From positions 1 to 26,591 of the forward strand of contig CAZEXZ010000001.1 in the NCBI GenBank assembly GCA_964516655.1: a DNA stretch of 26,591 nt. Direction: 5' to 3'. The notes beneath the pieces were generated by a model. It searched no databases, was not told the DNA's origin, and saw only the letters and a program-made list of their open reading frames with translations. Below are positions 1 through 8,958 of this stretch, one piece after another. The DNA is from an uncultured Candidatus Saccharibacteria bacterium (GTDB taxonomy: Bacteria; Patescibacteriota; Minisyncoccia; Phycocordibacterales; UBA5272). Both the position numbers and the translations under genes were made by a program. The stretch's first letter is position 1, and the number at the start of each line of letters is the position of its first letter.

Positions 1-1688
1 GATTGTTTATCTCCAGGTGCTAGCGTGTCAGGAATCTTAATTTGACCCATACGCACTGACATCTGAAGGAATTGCTCACGCGCTTCAATACTACCAAGCG
101 TATTCATATTAATTGCATTAATGAAGTCATCTTGTTGAATCTTTACTTTGTCTGCAAAAGGTTTATTAGGTTCTGACTGGATGATACTCATCGCCTCAAT
201 CACAAGTTTGTTTACAAGAAGCGGTCGATAATTAATGTAATAGAATGTGACAAGAAGTAGAATTCCAATAACTGGAGCAACGAGAAGGTTCATTTGGTCC
301 TTATCAAAAAGAACTTTACCGTTTCTTTCACCGCCTGCTTTTGTACGGGATGTGATGTACGCAAGAAGTGCAAAGAATAGAATATAACTTGTTAGGTTAT
401 CGAACACGAAGAAGTTGTGTATGAAGTAACCTGCAAGCATACCAGTTATAATAGCTTTCTCAGTAAGCGTCATTTGATTCTCTCTCTTCCACATGAACCA
501 TAGTGTTACACCATAGAGTGAGAGGTAAGTTAGTAGCCCAAGAGTTCCTGCTGCAACAAGCCAGTCAAAGAACACATTGTGAGAACGGTCATACCATGGT
601 TCTAGGTTACACATACTATTTGGAAGGAACTTTCGAGCAAACACATAACTGAAGTTATCCTGTCCGTATCCGAGGATTGGTCTTTCTTTCCATGCTGCAT
701 AACTAATCTTCCACATTGCAATACGACTTGCACCAGTAACATCATTTACTGAGATGGTTGAAAGACGATTAAGAGTTGGAGAGTTTTTAATAAACGCCGT
801 ATTTTTAAATACAAAAATAGAGCCTACAAGTATCATAAAAACTACAATACTGCCGATAAGCACTTTTCGCATTTTAGCGTGCCCCTTTAGCGCCATGATG
901 CCTAGCGTAATAAATCCACCAACGATCAAGCCCACCATTGTCCCACGAGTACCTGAGTAGAATAGACCAATTACGTTAAGAACAATAAGGAGCGGGTAGA
1001 ACCACTGCTTCTTTGGGTTTTGAGTTTGTGACCATAAAAGAGCGGCGATAAAAATATACATGAGACAGAAGATGGCAAAATAAGCAGAGTTACCAATTGT
1101 TGCATCTAGTCGGTTTGTACTCATGTGAATAGGGAAACGTGCAGAAAAGACTGCAGCCAACTTCGGGAAATGATCCGCAAAGAAAAGTCCCTTTGCGCCA
1201 AGTAGTTGCCCATAACCATAGATAAGCACTAAGATATTTGAAGCAATAAATATTTTCCACATCTTCTGCCACTCTTCTAGTGATCGGATCATAACTGTGA
1301 GTACGAAGAAATATGCAAAGAAGTGGATATGCCCGACAAATCCTTCCATACGTTCAAAGTTACTCCACATACTCTTTTCTCTATCTACTCCAAAAAGATC
1401 TGCAAGTAAGAGAACAATAATGAAAAGCCCGTACGCAATCATTATTGGCGATTTCCTAATATTGATTCTGTATGAGGTGTCCGAAAGTGCAAGTATTGCC
1501 CATCCAGCAAATGCAATTTCAACAAAAATTCTAAAAAGAATATTTTTTCCTGAAATAAAAGGGAAAAACATTCCAGACCCAGTAAACCAACTTAACACAT
1601 CAAATCTTCCACCGTCAGCAACATGTAAAACGATAAAAGGAATAATCGCTAAACAAACCCAAACCACTTTCTTTATAATATTTTGCAT
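1..1688 (-). CDS. O-antigen ligase / Wzy_C family polytopic membrane protein (3' end outside the window)
   Basis: Hand translation from ATG at 1688 (MQNIIKKVVWVCLAIIPFIVLHV...) stays open to the window edge (...IPDTLAPGDKQ). It has many hydrophobic segments, a YSGTRGTMVG segment, a loop with RIAMWKISYAAWKERPILGYGQDNF, and the ligase-type motif RSHNVFFDWLVAAGTLGL. Missing from the ORF track, probably because there is no stop in the window. Confidence 0.85.
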   Translation of the reverse strand, partial: MQNIIKKVVWVCLAIIPFIVLHVADGGRFDVLSWFTGSGMFFPFISGKNILFRIFVEIAFAGWAILALSDTSYRINIRKSPIMIAYGLFIIVLLLADLFGVDREKSMWSNFERMEGFVGHIHFFAYFFVLTVMIRSLEEWQKMWKIFIASNILVLIYGYGQLLGAKGLFFADHFPKLAAVFSARFPIHMSTNRLDATIGNSAYFAIFCLMYIFIAALLWSQTQNPKKQWFYPLLIVLNVIGLFYSGTRGTMVGLIVGGFITLGIMALKGHAKMRKVLIGSIVVFMILVGSIFVFKNTAFIKNSPTLNRLSTISVNDVTGASRIAMWKISYAAWKERPILGYGQDNFSYVFARKFLPNSMCNLEPWYDRSHNVFFDWLVAAGTLGLLTYLSLYGVTLWFMWKRENQMTLTEKAIITGMLAGYFIHNFFVFDNLTSYILFFALLAYITSRTKAGGERNGKVLFDKDQMNLLVAPVIGILLLVTFYYINYRPLLVNKLVIEAMSIIQSEPNKPFADKVKIQQDDFINAINMNTLGSIEAREQFLQMSVRMGQIKIPDTLAPGDKQ

Positions 1689-1731
1689 ACAGAATATACT
1701 TAAAAACTTTATTTTACGGAATAATTAGTAA

Positions 1732-1740
1732 AGTGTATCA
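1732..1740 (-). promoter_or_regulatory. putative extended -10 promoter element (TGATACACT)
   Basis: TGn+TAnnnT match on the minus strand, 43 nt upstream of the ATG at 1688. Confidence 0.4.
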
Positions 1741-1892
1741 CAAAATATCTAAAACACTATTTCAAAATTCATATTTCTGTATTGTCAGAAGAAGTCATAA
1801 AACCATTTTAAAATAAAGCTAATTCAGCATTTATGTGTATCGTAGTTGGCCACATTTCCTTCTCTAGGCAACCCTTACAAATCATCAGAGTG

Positions 1893-1901
1893 TGGTATTA
1901 T
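1893..1901 (+). promoter_or_regulatory. putative extended -10 promoter element (TGGTATTAT)
   Basis: TGn+TATTAT 12 nt upstream of the ATG at 1914; no SD in between. Confidence 0.5.
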
Positions 1902-1913
1902 ACATGTATTCTC

Positions 1914-2615
1914 ATGCCTCCGAAAATCCCAAAAATTATTCATTACTGCTGGTTTGGTAAAACCCCACTTTCCCCTCTCATAGAAAAATGTATACGAAGT
2001 TGGGAACAACAGTGTCCAGAATATGCGATTGTACGTTGGGATGAAAAAAAGTTTGATGTAGAAAGTCACCCATTTACTTCACGAATGTATCATGAAAAAA
2101 AATTTGCATTCGTAGCAGACTATGTTCGACTTATCGCACTACAAAAGGAAGGCGGTATTTATCTTGATACTGATATGCTTCTTGTTCAACCACTAGATTC
2201 ACTTTTAGACACTTCGCTTTTACTTGGAAAAGAATCAGATACTTATATTAGTTGCGGAATGATTGGATCAATTCCGAACCACCCATTTATAGAAAAAATG
2301 CGGGAAAAATATGATGACATGAAAGAGCTAAGGCCAAACCCCGTCATCATGACTGAACTTTTTACTATCATGCAACCAGAAGGTGCAACTATATTACCTC
2401 CAGAAGCATTTTATCCATTTGATGCAGAACATATTAGTAACTACGTTGGGCAAAAACTTGATAAAGATGTGTTTGGTGTGCATCTTTGGAACTACTCATG
2501 GGGTCACCCTCTTAATAAATTTTTTAAGAAAATAGGTATCTATAGCCTAGGCAAAAAAATACTTGAGACATTAGGCTTAAAAAAAATCCTTAAAAGATTA
2601 CTCGGATTTATATAA
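1914..2615 (+). CDS. glycosyltransferase with DXD sugar-binding region (GT32/OCH1-like)
   Basis: IPKIIHYCWFG start, ADYVRL..L..EGGIYLDTD motif. Start moved from 1833 to ATG 1914 because the family N-terminus begins there. Confidence 0.88.
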   Translation: MPPKIPKIIHYCWFGKTPLSPLIEKCIRSWEQQCPEYAIVRWDEKKFDVESHPFTSRMYHEKKFAFVADYVRLIALQKEGGIYLDTDMLLVQPLDSLLDTSLLLGKESDTYISCGMIGSIPNHPFIEKMREKYDDMKELRPNPVIMTELFTIMQPEGATILPPEAFYPFDAEHISNYVGQKLDKDVFGVHLWNYSWGHPLNKFFKKIGIYSLGKKILETLGLKKILKRLLGFI

Positions 2616-2639
2616 ATACTGACTGATCGCGTTACAACT

Positions 2640-3419
2640 ATGAAATTTAGCATTATTACTCCAACTCATAAACGAAAGGAAAAATTAGAACGAGCGGTTG
2701 CTTCAGTTCTTGCTCAAACATATCATGACTGGGAAATGATTATTGTTAATGATTCACCTCATGATGAGTCATACCTGCCATTTTCATCTTCAATTAACGA
2801 TGCACGAATCCATTATCATAAAAATGATACTAACAGAGGGGTAAACTACAGCAGAAATACTGCACTTGCTAAATTATCAGCCGATTCTCGTTGGGTACTT
2901 TTTTTAGATGATGACGATTACCTTGCTCCAGATACGCTTGCAACATTTGCCAACTTGATTCACACCCACAGTGAAGCAAAATGGTTTGTTACAAATCGTG
3001 CATTTAAAAATGGTGAGAGCGTTACAAAATTTCCCACCGATGAAACATTCTATTCCTACGCTTGGAAATATCTTATTCTTAAACGGTGCAAAGGTGATGC
3101 TACACATTGTATCGAAACAAAACTTATTACCCAAAATCAAATTCGTTTCTCAAAATATGTAAAACAAGGAGAGGAATGGTTTTTCTTTTATCAATTAGGA
3201 CTTCACGCAAAGCTTTTTTATCACGATCATAACAGCACTATAACTGATGGGTATGATGTTGAGTCTGGCCTTAATTTTCGAAAACGTTCATTTACTCAAA
3301 AATTCGAAACCATAACAACACTTATGTATGAAGGGCTCGAGAAAAAAATCCTTTATAGATTTTCTTTCTTTACGTACATCTTACTTCGTTATATTAAATT
3401 GTGTATTCCTTTTCGTTAA
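2640..3419 (+). CDS. glycosyltransferase family 2
   Basis: FSIITPTHKR...SVLAQTYHDWEMIIVND.S.D, NRGVNYSRNTAL, FLDDDD (DXD). Confidence 0.9.
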   Translation: MKFSIITPTHKRKEKLERAVASVLAQTYHDWEMIIVNDSPHDESYLPFSSSINDARIHYHKNDTNRGVNYSRNTALAKLSADSRWVLFLDDDDYLAPDTLATFANLIHTHSEAKWFVTNRAFKNGESVTKFPTDETFYSYAWKYLILKRCKGDATHCIETKLITQNQIRFSKYVKQGEEWFFFYQLGLHAKLFYHDHNSTITDGYDVESGLNFRKRSFTQKFETITTLMYEGLEKKILYRFSFFTYILLRYIKLCIPFR

Positions 3420-3517
3420 ATACAATATCTCTTTCAAAGTTGTAACTCGCAATCACAATCTTTAAATAGTGGATATGAAAATAGGTAGATATATGTCAGA
3501 ATAACAGAATACCCAGG

Positions 3518-4822
3518 ATGAACTATACATACATTCAACAAATAAAAGAAAAAGTTACTGCTGCAGGTTTCCAGAGATATTTAAAAAATATGGGCTGGTT
3601 AGTTGTGTCGAGAATTTTATGTATGGTCATCTCTTTCGTAACGACTGCATTTATTGCACGTCAACTAGGTCCCACAAATTTTGGACAGTTAAGTTATGCA
3701 CTCAGTTTTGTGGCAGTTTTTTCATTTTTGGCATCTCTTGGAATTGACGGGGTTGTTTACAGAGATCTTGTAAAATTTCCCGAGAAAAAGATGGAGTACC
3801 TTGGTACTGCGCTTAGTATAAAATTATCTGCGAGTATCTTGACTTCGATCATTATCATTATTTCTGCACTTACATTTGCCGATGATGACGTTTCAAAAGT
3901 ACTTATCATCATTCTTTCTTTTACGTTTATATTTAATTCATTTATGGTTGTGAATAATGAATTTCAAGCTAGTGTTCGCTCAAAAGCGCCGGCTTTGATT
4001 TCTCTCGCTGTTACCATTATATTAAACATCTTAAAGATACTAGTTATATTTTATAATAAGGGTGTCATCTATCTTTCTTTAGTTCTCCTTCTTGAAACAA
4101 TACTCTATGCATCATTTTACTGGCTAGCTTACGAAAAAATTCTCGGGGGTAAATTACGTAACTGGAAATTCGATAAACTCATAGCAAAATCATTACTACA
4201 TGATTCTTGGCCTGCTATTTTTTCAGCAGCATTTGCACTTATTTACGCACGCGTTGACCAAATATTCATTAAGCACATGATAGATGCCACAGCAGTAGGT
4301 ATTTATGATTCTGCAGTTCGAGTTGCTGAAACATGGTACTTCCTTCCAAGTATTGCTATTGGATCCCTTTTTCCTGCAATTGTTAATGCAAAAAAAACCA
4401 GTGGCGAATTATATAACTCTCGACTTAAAAAGTTAGTTATATTTGTTCTATGGATAACTATTTGTATGGCTATAGTTATTACATTATCTGCTTCACTAAT
4501 TATTGATATACTTTATGGGAAAGCTTTCATGGGAGGTGTAATTATACTCCAGATTTATGTATGGTCCGCTGTTGCCATTTCATTAAATTCAATCATTTCA
4601 AGTTACTTGGTAATAGAAAATTTTAGAAAAATATTATTTTTAATAAATTTTATTCCAATGGTTAGTAATGTGGTGCTTAATCTTATGTGGATTCCACTCT
4701 ATGGTATTACTGGTGCAGCCTATGCCACTTTAGTCTCCTATTTCTTAGGACCACTTTGCTTGCTTCTGTTTAGAGAAACGAGGAAAAGGATTATTTCTTT
4801 AACTAAAAAAGTTGATTTATAG
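3518..4822 (+). CDS. wzx: O-antigen/polysaccharide flippase (Wzx, MOP superfamily)
   Basis: 434 aa with about 12 hydrophobic segments; ARQLGPTNFGQLSYA, YARVDQIFIKHM...VGIYDSAVR, IPLYGITGAAYATLVSY. Confidence 0.88.
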   Translation: MNYTYIQQIKEKVTAAGFQRYLKNMGWLVVSRILCMVISFVTTAFIARQLGPTNFGQLSYALSFVAVFSFLASLGIDGVVYRDLVKFPEKKMEYLGTALSIKLSASILTSIIIIISALTFADDDVSKVLIIILSFTFIFNSFMVVNNEFQASVRSKAPALISLAVTIILNILKILVIFYNKGVIYLSLVLLLETILYASFYWLAYEKILGGKLRNWKFDKLIAKSLLHDSWPAIFSAAFALIYARVDQIFIKHMIDATAVGIYDSAVRVAETWYFLPSIAIGSLFPAIVNAKKTSGELYNSRLKKLVIFVLWITICMAIVITLSASLIIDILYGKAFMGGVIILQIYVWSAVAISLNSIISSYLVIENFRKILFLINFIPMVSNVVLNLMWIPLYGITGAAYATLVSYFLGPLCLLLFRETRKRIISLTKKVDL

Positions 4823-4837
4823 AATCTAAATAATAAA

Positions 4838-5686
4838 ATGAATAAATGCATGTATCAAAATTTTATAAAGAAATTAAAAAAGATAAGACAAATTGCGGAA
4901 ACCTATTATTTTTTAAAAAGTCATAGTAATCGTCTACGAGAGCAAATGTACCTCAAATGGGCTTTTTATCTTGAAAGACCCATAGTAGTCTCACGCTGTG
5001 CTTGTCTTGGAGAGTTTATTTATAACTTACGGTACACCGATAAAAAACCCTACAGAATACACCAACAAAAAACACGATTCGATATTTTTTTAAAAAAACT
5101 TCAGATGACGCCTTCAGAGCCCAGAACAAATAGCAGAGCTGTCAAAAAGCACCTTAAACATGATTTTGTGTATCCTTGGATACAAGAACAGGAATATCTC
5201 CCATGGATTGGTGTAAAGGATTGCGAATATGCGCTCATTGATTCTTTTGCAGAACTCACAGATCAAAAATTTACCCATAAAGCTGAAGGCTGGTCATTTT
5301 GTGCTCACTACGGGGACATAGAGCATAGTCAAGAATTTGAGGAGCAATTCATGTGTGAGGATTTACTTGCTGTAGACGACTTCGAAAAAACATATACACA
5401 TTTTTTTGATTGGTTTGAAAAAAAGTACCCAGGAAAACATGTATTCTTTTTTCACTACCCAACAACCTTAGATGGCAGAGAGAAGTATAAAGTTAGGGCA
5501 AGTAAAATACTTGAAGTTATGAAAGTAATCGAAGAAAAAAGGCCATACATTCATAATATCTATGTTGAAGATTCTGCAGTAGATTATAATGAACATGACA
5601 CATTTCCATACCACTATTCGAAAGAAACTAACCAGGCTTTTTTAAATACTTGGATTGCAATTGAAAGTAGTTTAGCAAAGCATTAA
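4838..5686 (+). CDS. hypothetical protein, possibly SGNH-like fold (start may be ATG 4850)
   Basis: Clean 282 aa ORF co-oriented with wzx. LIDSFAELTDQ and C-terminal FPYHYS resemble SGNH-like proteins of glycan loci only weakly. Confidence 0.6.
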   Translation: MNKCMYQNFIKKLKKIRQIAETYYFLKSHSNRLREQMYLKWAFYLERPIVVSRCACLGEFIYNLRYTDKKPYRIHQQKTRFDIFLKKLQMTPSEPRTNSRAVKKHLKHDFVYPWIQEQEYLPWIGVKDCEYALIDSFAELTDQKFTHKAEGWSFCAHYGDIEHSQEFEEQFMCEDLLAVDDFEKTYTHFFDWFEKKYPGKHVFFFHYPTTLDGREKYKVRASKILEVMKVIEEKRPYIHNIYVEDSAVDYNEHDTFPYHYSKETNQAFLNTWIAIESSLAKH

Positions 5687-5688
5687 TC

Positions 5689-5925
5689 ATGACCAAGAAA
5701 CCAATATCTACCATAAATGCAATAATCCTAGAGCAGAAAACCTTCCAACACCATTCTTCATGCTAGTAACTTGCCGGATACTATGCTTCCAATTAACGGA
5801 GAATCTGTTATTGTTATATTTTAGAAGACATAATAAGTAGAAATATTAAGAGAGTGATTATTCTTATTCGTGAAGTTGATGTACGAACAGAAGAATACGT
5901 GAGGCTTGAATTTCTAAAAAATTGA
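5689..5925 (+). pseudogene. frameshifted N-terminal fragment of a sugar nucleotidyltransferase (NTP_transferase family)
   Basis: Stitched across frames it reads MTKKPISTINAIIL[xAG]KPSNTILHASNLPDTMLPINGESVI[G]YILEDIISRNIKRVIILIRE..., which fits the IILAAG...MLPINGKPVIGYILE start of nucleotidyltransferases. Frame breaks near 5731-5737 and 5813; stop at 5923-5925. Confidence 0.7.
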
Positions 5926-6208
5926 CCTTTGCAATTTTAAGATGGAAGTACTAAAAGGCTCCGAAAGGCTATTCGTTGAAAATCGTATAGATGTTGTAAT
6001 TATAGAATTAGCTACTATTAAAAAATATGAGGGTCAGCAATTATTTTATGAGTTCTTAAATTTTTTTGAAAAAAAGAATTTTATCATTTTTGACTTATAC
6101 CCGTTTTATTATGAGCAAAAGGGACCTTTGACTGAAATTGATGTTGTTTTTGTAAATCGTAACTCAAAGCTGTATAATCATTTATATAATGTCGAAGTTG
6201 CAATATAA
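5911..6208 (+). pseudogene. C-terminal fragment of an FkbM-family methyltransferase
   Basis: ORF 5942..6208 (MEVLKGSERL...IDVVIIEL...FIIFDLYP...EIDVVFVN) matches only the C-terminal part of FkbM proteins. Upstream in-frame KIDLCNFKMEVLKG keeps the spacing of the KIDVQGFExEVLKG motif. The SAM-binding DxGAxxG half is absent. Confidence 0.7.
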
Positions 6209-6812
6209 AGCAATACTTTTTGACTTAGACGGTGTACTAGTAAATATGCCCGACGGTCATTATGAAGCACTCAATAAAACACTTGAGCTTTTTGGTGCAC
6301 ATATTAATGAGGAGGAACATTATAATCATTTTAACGGACTTCCATCAAAGAAAAAAATTGAAGAACTTGAACGACAAGGTAGACTGCCACCAGGACTAAA
6401 GGAATTCATTAATGACATAAAGCAAAATCATACTAAAAGTATTATTCCTAAATATTGTGTACCTGACTATTCTAAAATAATTCTTCTAGGTCATCTTAAG
6501 AGCCAAGGGTACAAACTTGCATGCTGTTCTAATTCAATCAAAGAAACATTACACCTCATGCTTAAATCTGCGAAACTTTTTGATCACTTTGATATTATTT
6601 TAGGAAATGATGAGGTTACTAACTCTAAACCTGATCCTGAGATTTATCTTACCGCATTTAAAAGACTCGGAGTTAAACCTGAGGAATGCATCATAGTTGA
6701 AGACTCCCCTCACGGGATACAAGCAGGAAAAGCTAGTGGTGCAACAGTGTACGAAGTACGAAATGTTAACGATGTAAACCTTTCGTTGTTTGAACATCTT
6801 CTTACCTTATAA
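6189..6812 (+). CDS. HAD-superfamily phosphatase (subfamily IA, beta-PGM-like)
   Basis: Motif I FDLDGVL, motif II CCSNS, motif III SKPDPEIY, motif IV IVEDS. Confidence 0.9.
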   Translation: MSKLQYKAILFDLDGVLVNMPDGHYEALNKTLELFGAHINEEEHYNHFNGLPSKKKIEELERQGRLPPGLKEFINDIKQNHTKSIIPKYCVPDYSKIILLGHLKSQGYKLACCSNSIKETLHLMLKSAKLFDHFDIILGNDEVTNSKPDPEIYLTAFKRLGVKPEECIIVEDSPHGIQAGKASGATVYEVRNVNDVNLSLFEHLLTL

Positions 6813-6822
6813 TTATTGCAAT

Positions 6823-7143
6823 ATGAAAAAATTTAAACTTGAAAATTTTACTCGAGGATGGGTGGTGGGAGATTTTGAGCCAAACATTATTCGCTCAAAA
6901 GATTTTGAGGTGATGGTGCGTTATTACAAAAAAGGAGACAAGGAGGCACAGCATGTGCACAAACTTGCTGATGAAATAACTATTATTGTAAGTGGTAAAT
7001 TCTTAATGAACGGTGAGTATTTAGAAGCGGGAGATATCATCCATCTTTCGCCGAATGACCCAACTGATTTTGAATGTCTTGAAGATGGTGCAAATACAGT
7101 TATTAAGACACCTTCAGTTATGGGGGATAAATACCTCATATAA
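6823..7143 (+). CDS. small cupin-domain protein
   Basis: HVHKLADE (HxHx4E metal motif), ITIIVSGK, GDIIHLSP. Start moved from TTG 6790 to ATG 6823 (MKKFKLENFTRGWVVGDFEP). Confidence 0.8.
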   Translation: MKKFKLENFTRGWVVGDFEPNIIRSKDFEVMVRYYKKGDKEAQHVHKLADEITIIVSGKFLMNGEYLEAGDIIHLSPNDPTDFECLEDGANTVIKTPSVMGDKYLI

Positions 7144-7180
7144 GAACTAGGGATCAGGAGCAATCTACTACTTAAATAAA

Positions 7181-8041
7181 CTAATTACACAAACCTTTCA
7201 CATAATCTGGGTAATCAGTACATATTGCATCAGGGGCACATGAAACAATGTCATTAAAACGAAGAGAGAGAGCCTCAAAAGACGTGGCACTAGGGTGTGC
7301 CTCACCACCTAAAAGACCTGGAGAGGTCCCATGTAACTCTGGAGTAACTAGACCGACCCAAAGACCATGAGACCGGAATAGATTAACCAGTTCCTTTGTA
7401 TAGAATTTTTTAACCCCTTCGTTTTCATCCTGTAAGTCCCATTCGTCTAACCAAACACCATTAAACAACTCACGATTACGCAGCACATCATTTACTGTAA
7501 GAAGTGTTCCGCCAACCACATCATTAAAACGATTAATATCGTACCGATGTGCTACTGAAGGTGCGAGTTGAAGTTTTCGGTTCCTTTCTTTTAGATATTT
7601 TGCTGTTTCCACTGTTGTGTCAAAAATAAAAAAATATGTAGGATCTATATTTTCTAAATATGAGAGCAGGATATCTAGGTCTTCTTTATTTTGATTGTCA
7701 CTTTTTAAATGTAATGCTGATACCGCACCCGGGGCTTGCTGTTCTTGAATGAGTGAGAGCAAAATATCTAATGTTGTAAAGTGAGAACCATCTACTGTAA
7801 TTTTTAAAATTTCAGATGCCGTAACATCTATTATCTCTCTTCGGTCACCATTTTTTGTAATACGACTTAGGCTTTTATCATGCATAATAACCATCTTTCT
7901 ATCTTTTGTTTTTCGTACATCAAATTCAAGACCGTACCCTCGCGCTAACTGATCTTTAAAAGCCTCTATGGAACTTTCTGCAAAATACCCTTCTTTTGTT
8001 GGATCAAGTCCACGGTGTGTTATTACTTGAATTGAATTCAT
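7181..8041 (-). CDS. glycerophosphodiester phosphodiesterase (GDPD)-like protein
   Basis: ITHRG...ESSIEAF...GYGLEFDVRKTKD.KMVIMHD..L.RIT, and C-terminal AICTDYP. Confidence 0.85.
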   Translation of the reverse strand: MNSIQVITHRGLDPTKEGYFAESSIEAFKDQLARGYGLEFDVRKTKDRKMVIMHDKSLSRITKNGDRREIIDVTASEILKITVDGSHFTTLDILLSLIQEQQAPGAVSALHLKSDNQNKEDLDILLSYLENIDPTYFFIFDTTVETAKYLKERNRKLQLAPSVAHRYDINRFNDVVGGTLLTVNDVLRNRELFNGVWLDEWDLQDENEGVKKFYTKELVNLFRSHGLWVGLVTPELHGTSPGLLGGEAHPSATSFEALSLRFNDIVSCAPDAICTDYPDYVKGLCN

Positions 8042-8047
8042 GAATAA

Positions 8048-8056
8048 ATACTATCA
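8048..8056 (-). promoter_or_regulatory. putative extended -10 element (TGATAGTAT), leaderless geometry
   Basis: 6 nt between the -10 hexamer and the ATG at 8041, so the predicted start site falls at or next to the ATG. Confidence 0.5.
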
Positions 8057-8126
8057 CAGAACTAAACCGCCAACCTACTTGAATTCATTTTTGTTATAGG
8101 GTAGTCTGGGTTAATATATACTCTAT

Positions 8127-8954
8127 ATGAAAATTATTATTCCAATGGCTGGCCTTGGATCACGCTTCCAAAAGGCATCTGACACTAACCCTGAGTATAA
8201 AAAACCAAAACCATTTATTCTTGTTAATGGCATCCCTATGGTCAGGTGGGCAACTGGAGCACTCCCTTTTATCGAACACCCTGGACAGCACATAGACTCC
8301 CCTCTTCGTGTTACCCCTTCAGATATGATTTTTATTATTCTTAAAGAGCACAATGATGCTTATAACCTAGAGGACGGTTTAAGAAAAATATACTCAGATG
8401 CGATACGGGTAATTATCTTACCTTCACTTACACGCGGAGCTTCAGAAACAGCATATAACATGAAACCGTTTGTGAATGACGACGAAGATATTATCATTAC
8501 AGATTCAGATCATTACTTTGATGGTTCCATTTTAGAACGCGAAATTATTAATCACAAAAATTCTGAGACAGCTGGAATTATTCCTGTCTTCACTGCACCA
8601 TCTGACGGTATCCCTAGATGGAGCTACTCTCTCATTAAAAGTGATTCAACTCGTATCCTAGAGACACGAGAAAAAAGTAAAGAATTAATGGAAGCTGGAG
8701 CTCACGCAAACATCGGTGCATATTATTTTTCAAAGGCAAAATATTTCTTTGAACAATTTGAAAAAGTTGCTCGAGAAAATAAAATGTTTGGGGAGGAAGG
8801 TAAAAAGGAGTTCTATATTGCACCGCTCTACCAAGAAATGATTGAAGATGGAAAGCAGGTACATGCCGCACTTTTACCAAATGTCTGGGGACTTGGTACT
8901 CCAGCTGATCTAGAGTATTTTCTTGCAAACTACGATAAGAAGATGCCATACTAA
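8127..8954 (+). CDS. nucleotidyltransferase-fold (GT-A-like) protein, paralog 1
   Basis: IIIPMAGLGSRF...PKPFILVNGIPM, ITDSD, RWSY, GAYYF, EFYIAPLYQEMI, GLGTPADL. Confidence 0.8.
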   Translation: MKIIIPMAGLGSRFQKASDTNPEYKKPKPFILVNGIPMVRWATGALPFIEHPGQHIDSPLRVTPSDMIFIILKEHNDAYNLEDGLRKIYSDAIRVIILPSLTRGASETAYNMKPFVNDDEDIIITDSDHYFDGSILEREIINHKNSETAGIIPVFTAPSDGIPRWSYSLIKSDSTRILETREKSKELMEAGAHANIGAYYFSKAKYFFEQFEKVARENKMFGEEGKKEFYIAPLYQEMIEDGKQVHAALLPNVWGLGTPADLEYFLANYDKKMPY

Positions 8955-8958
8955 AATA

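Noticed and set aside
754-1728. Track ORFs 754..960, 1090..1272 and 1297..1728
   Set aside because: Antisense or off-frame shadows of the long ligase-like CDS; no motifs.
3475-3504. Mini-ORF MKIGRYMSE upstream of wzx
   Set aside because: Nine codons with no supporting signal; expected by chance.
5689-5941. Alternative genetic code (TGA read-through) as an explanation for the broken region
   Set aside because: The breaks are frameshifts with TAG stops, and all other genes translate full length in code 11, including one ending in TGA (16247).
7143-8085. Short similar motifs (AGAACTA, CTACTTRAAT) on both sides of the inverted GDPD gene as recombination sites
   Set aside because: Direct rather than inverted, differently spaced, short and AT-rich; no recombinase in the window.
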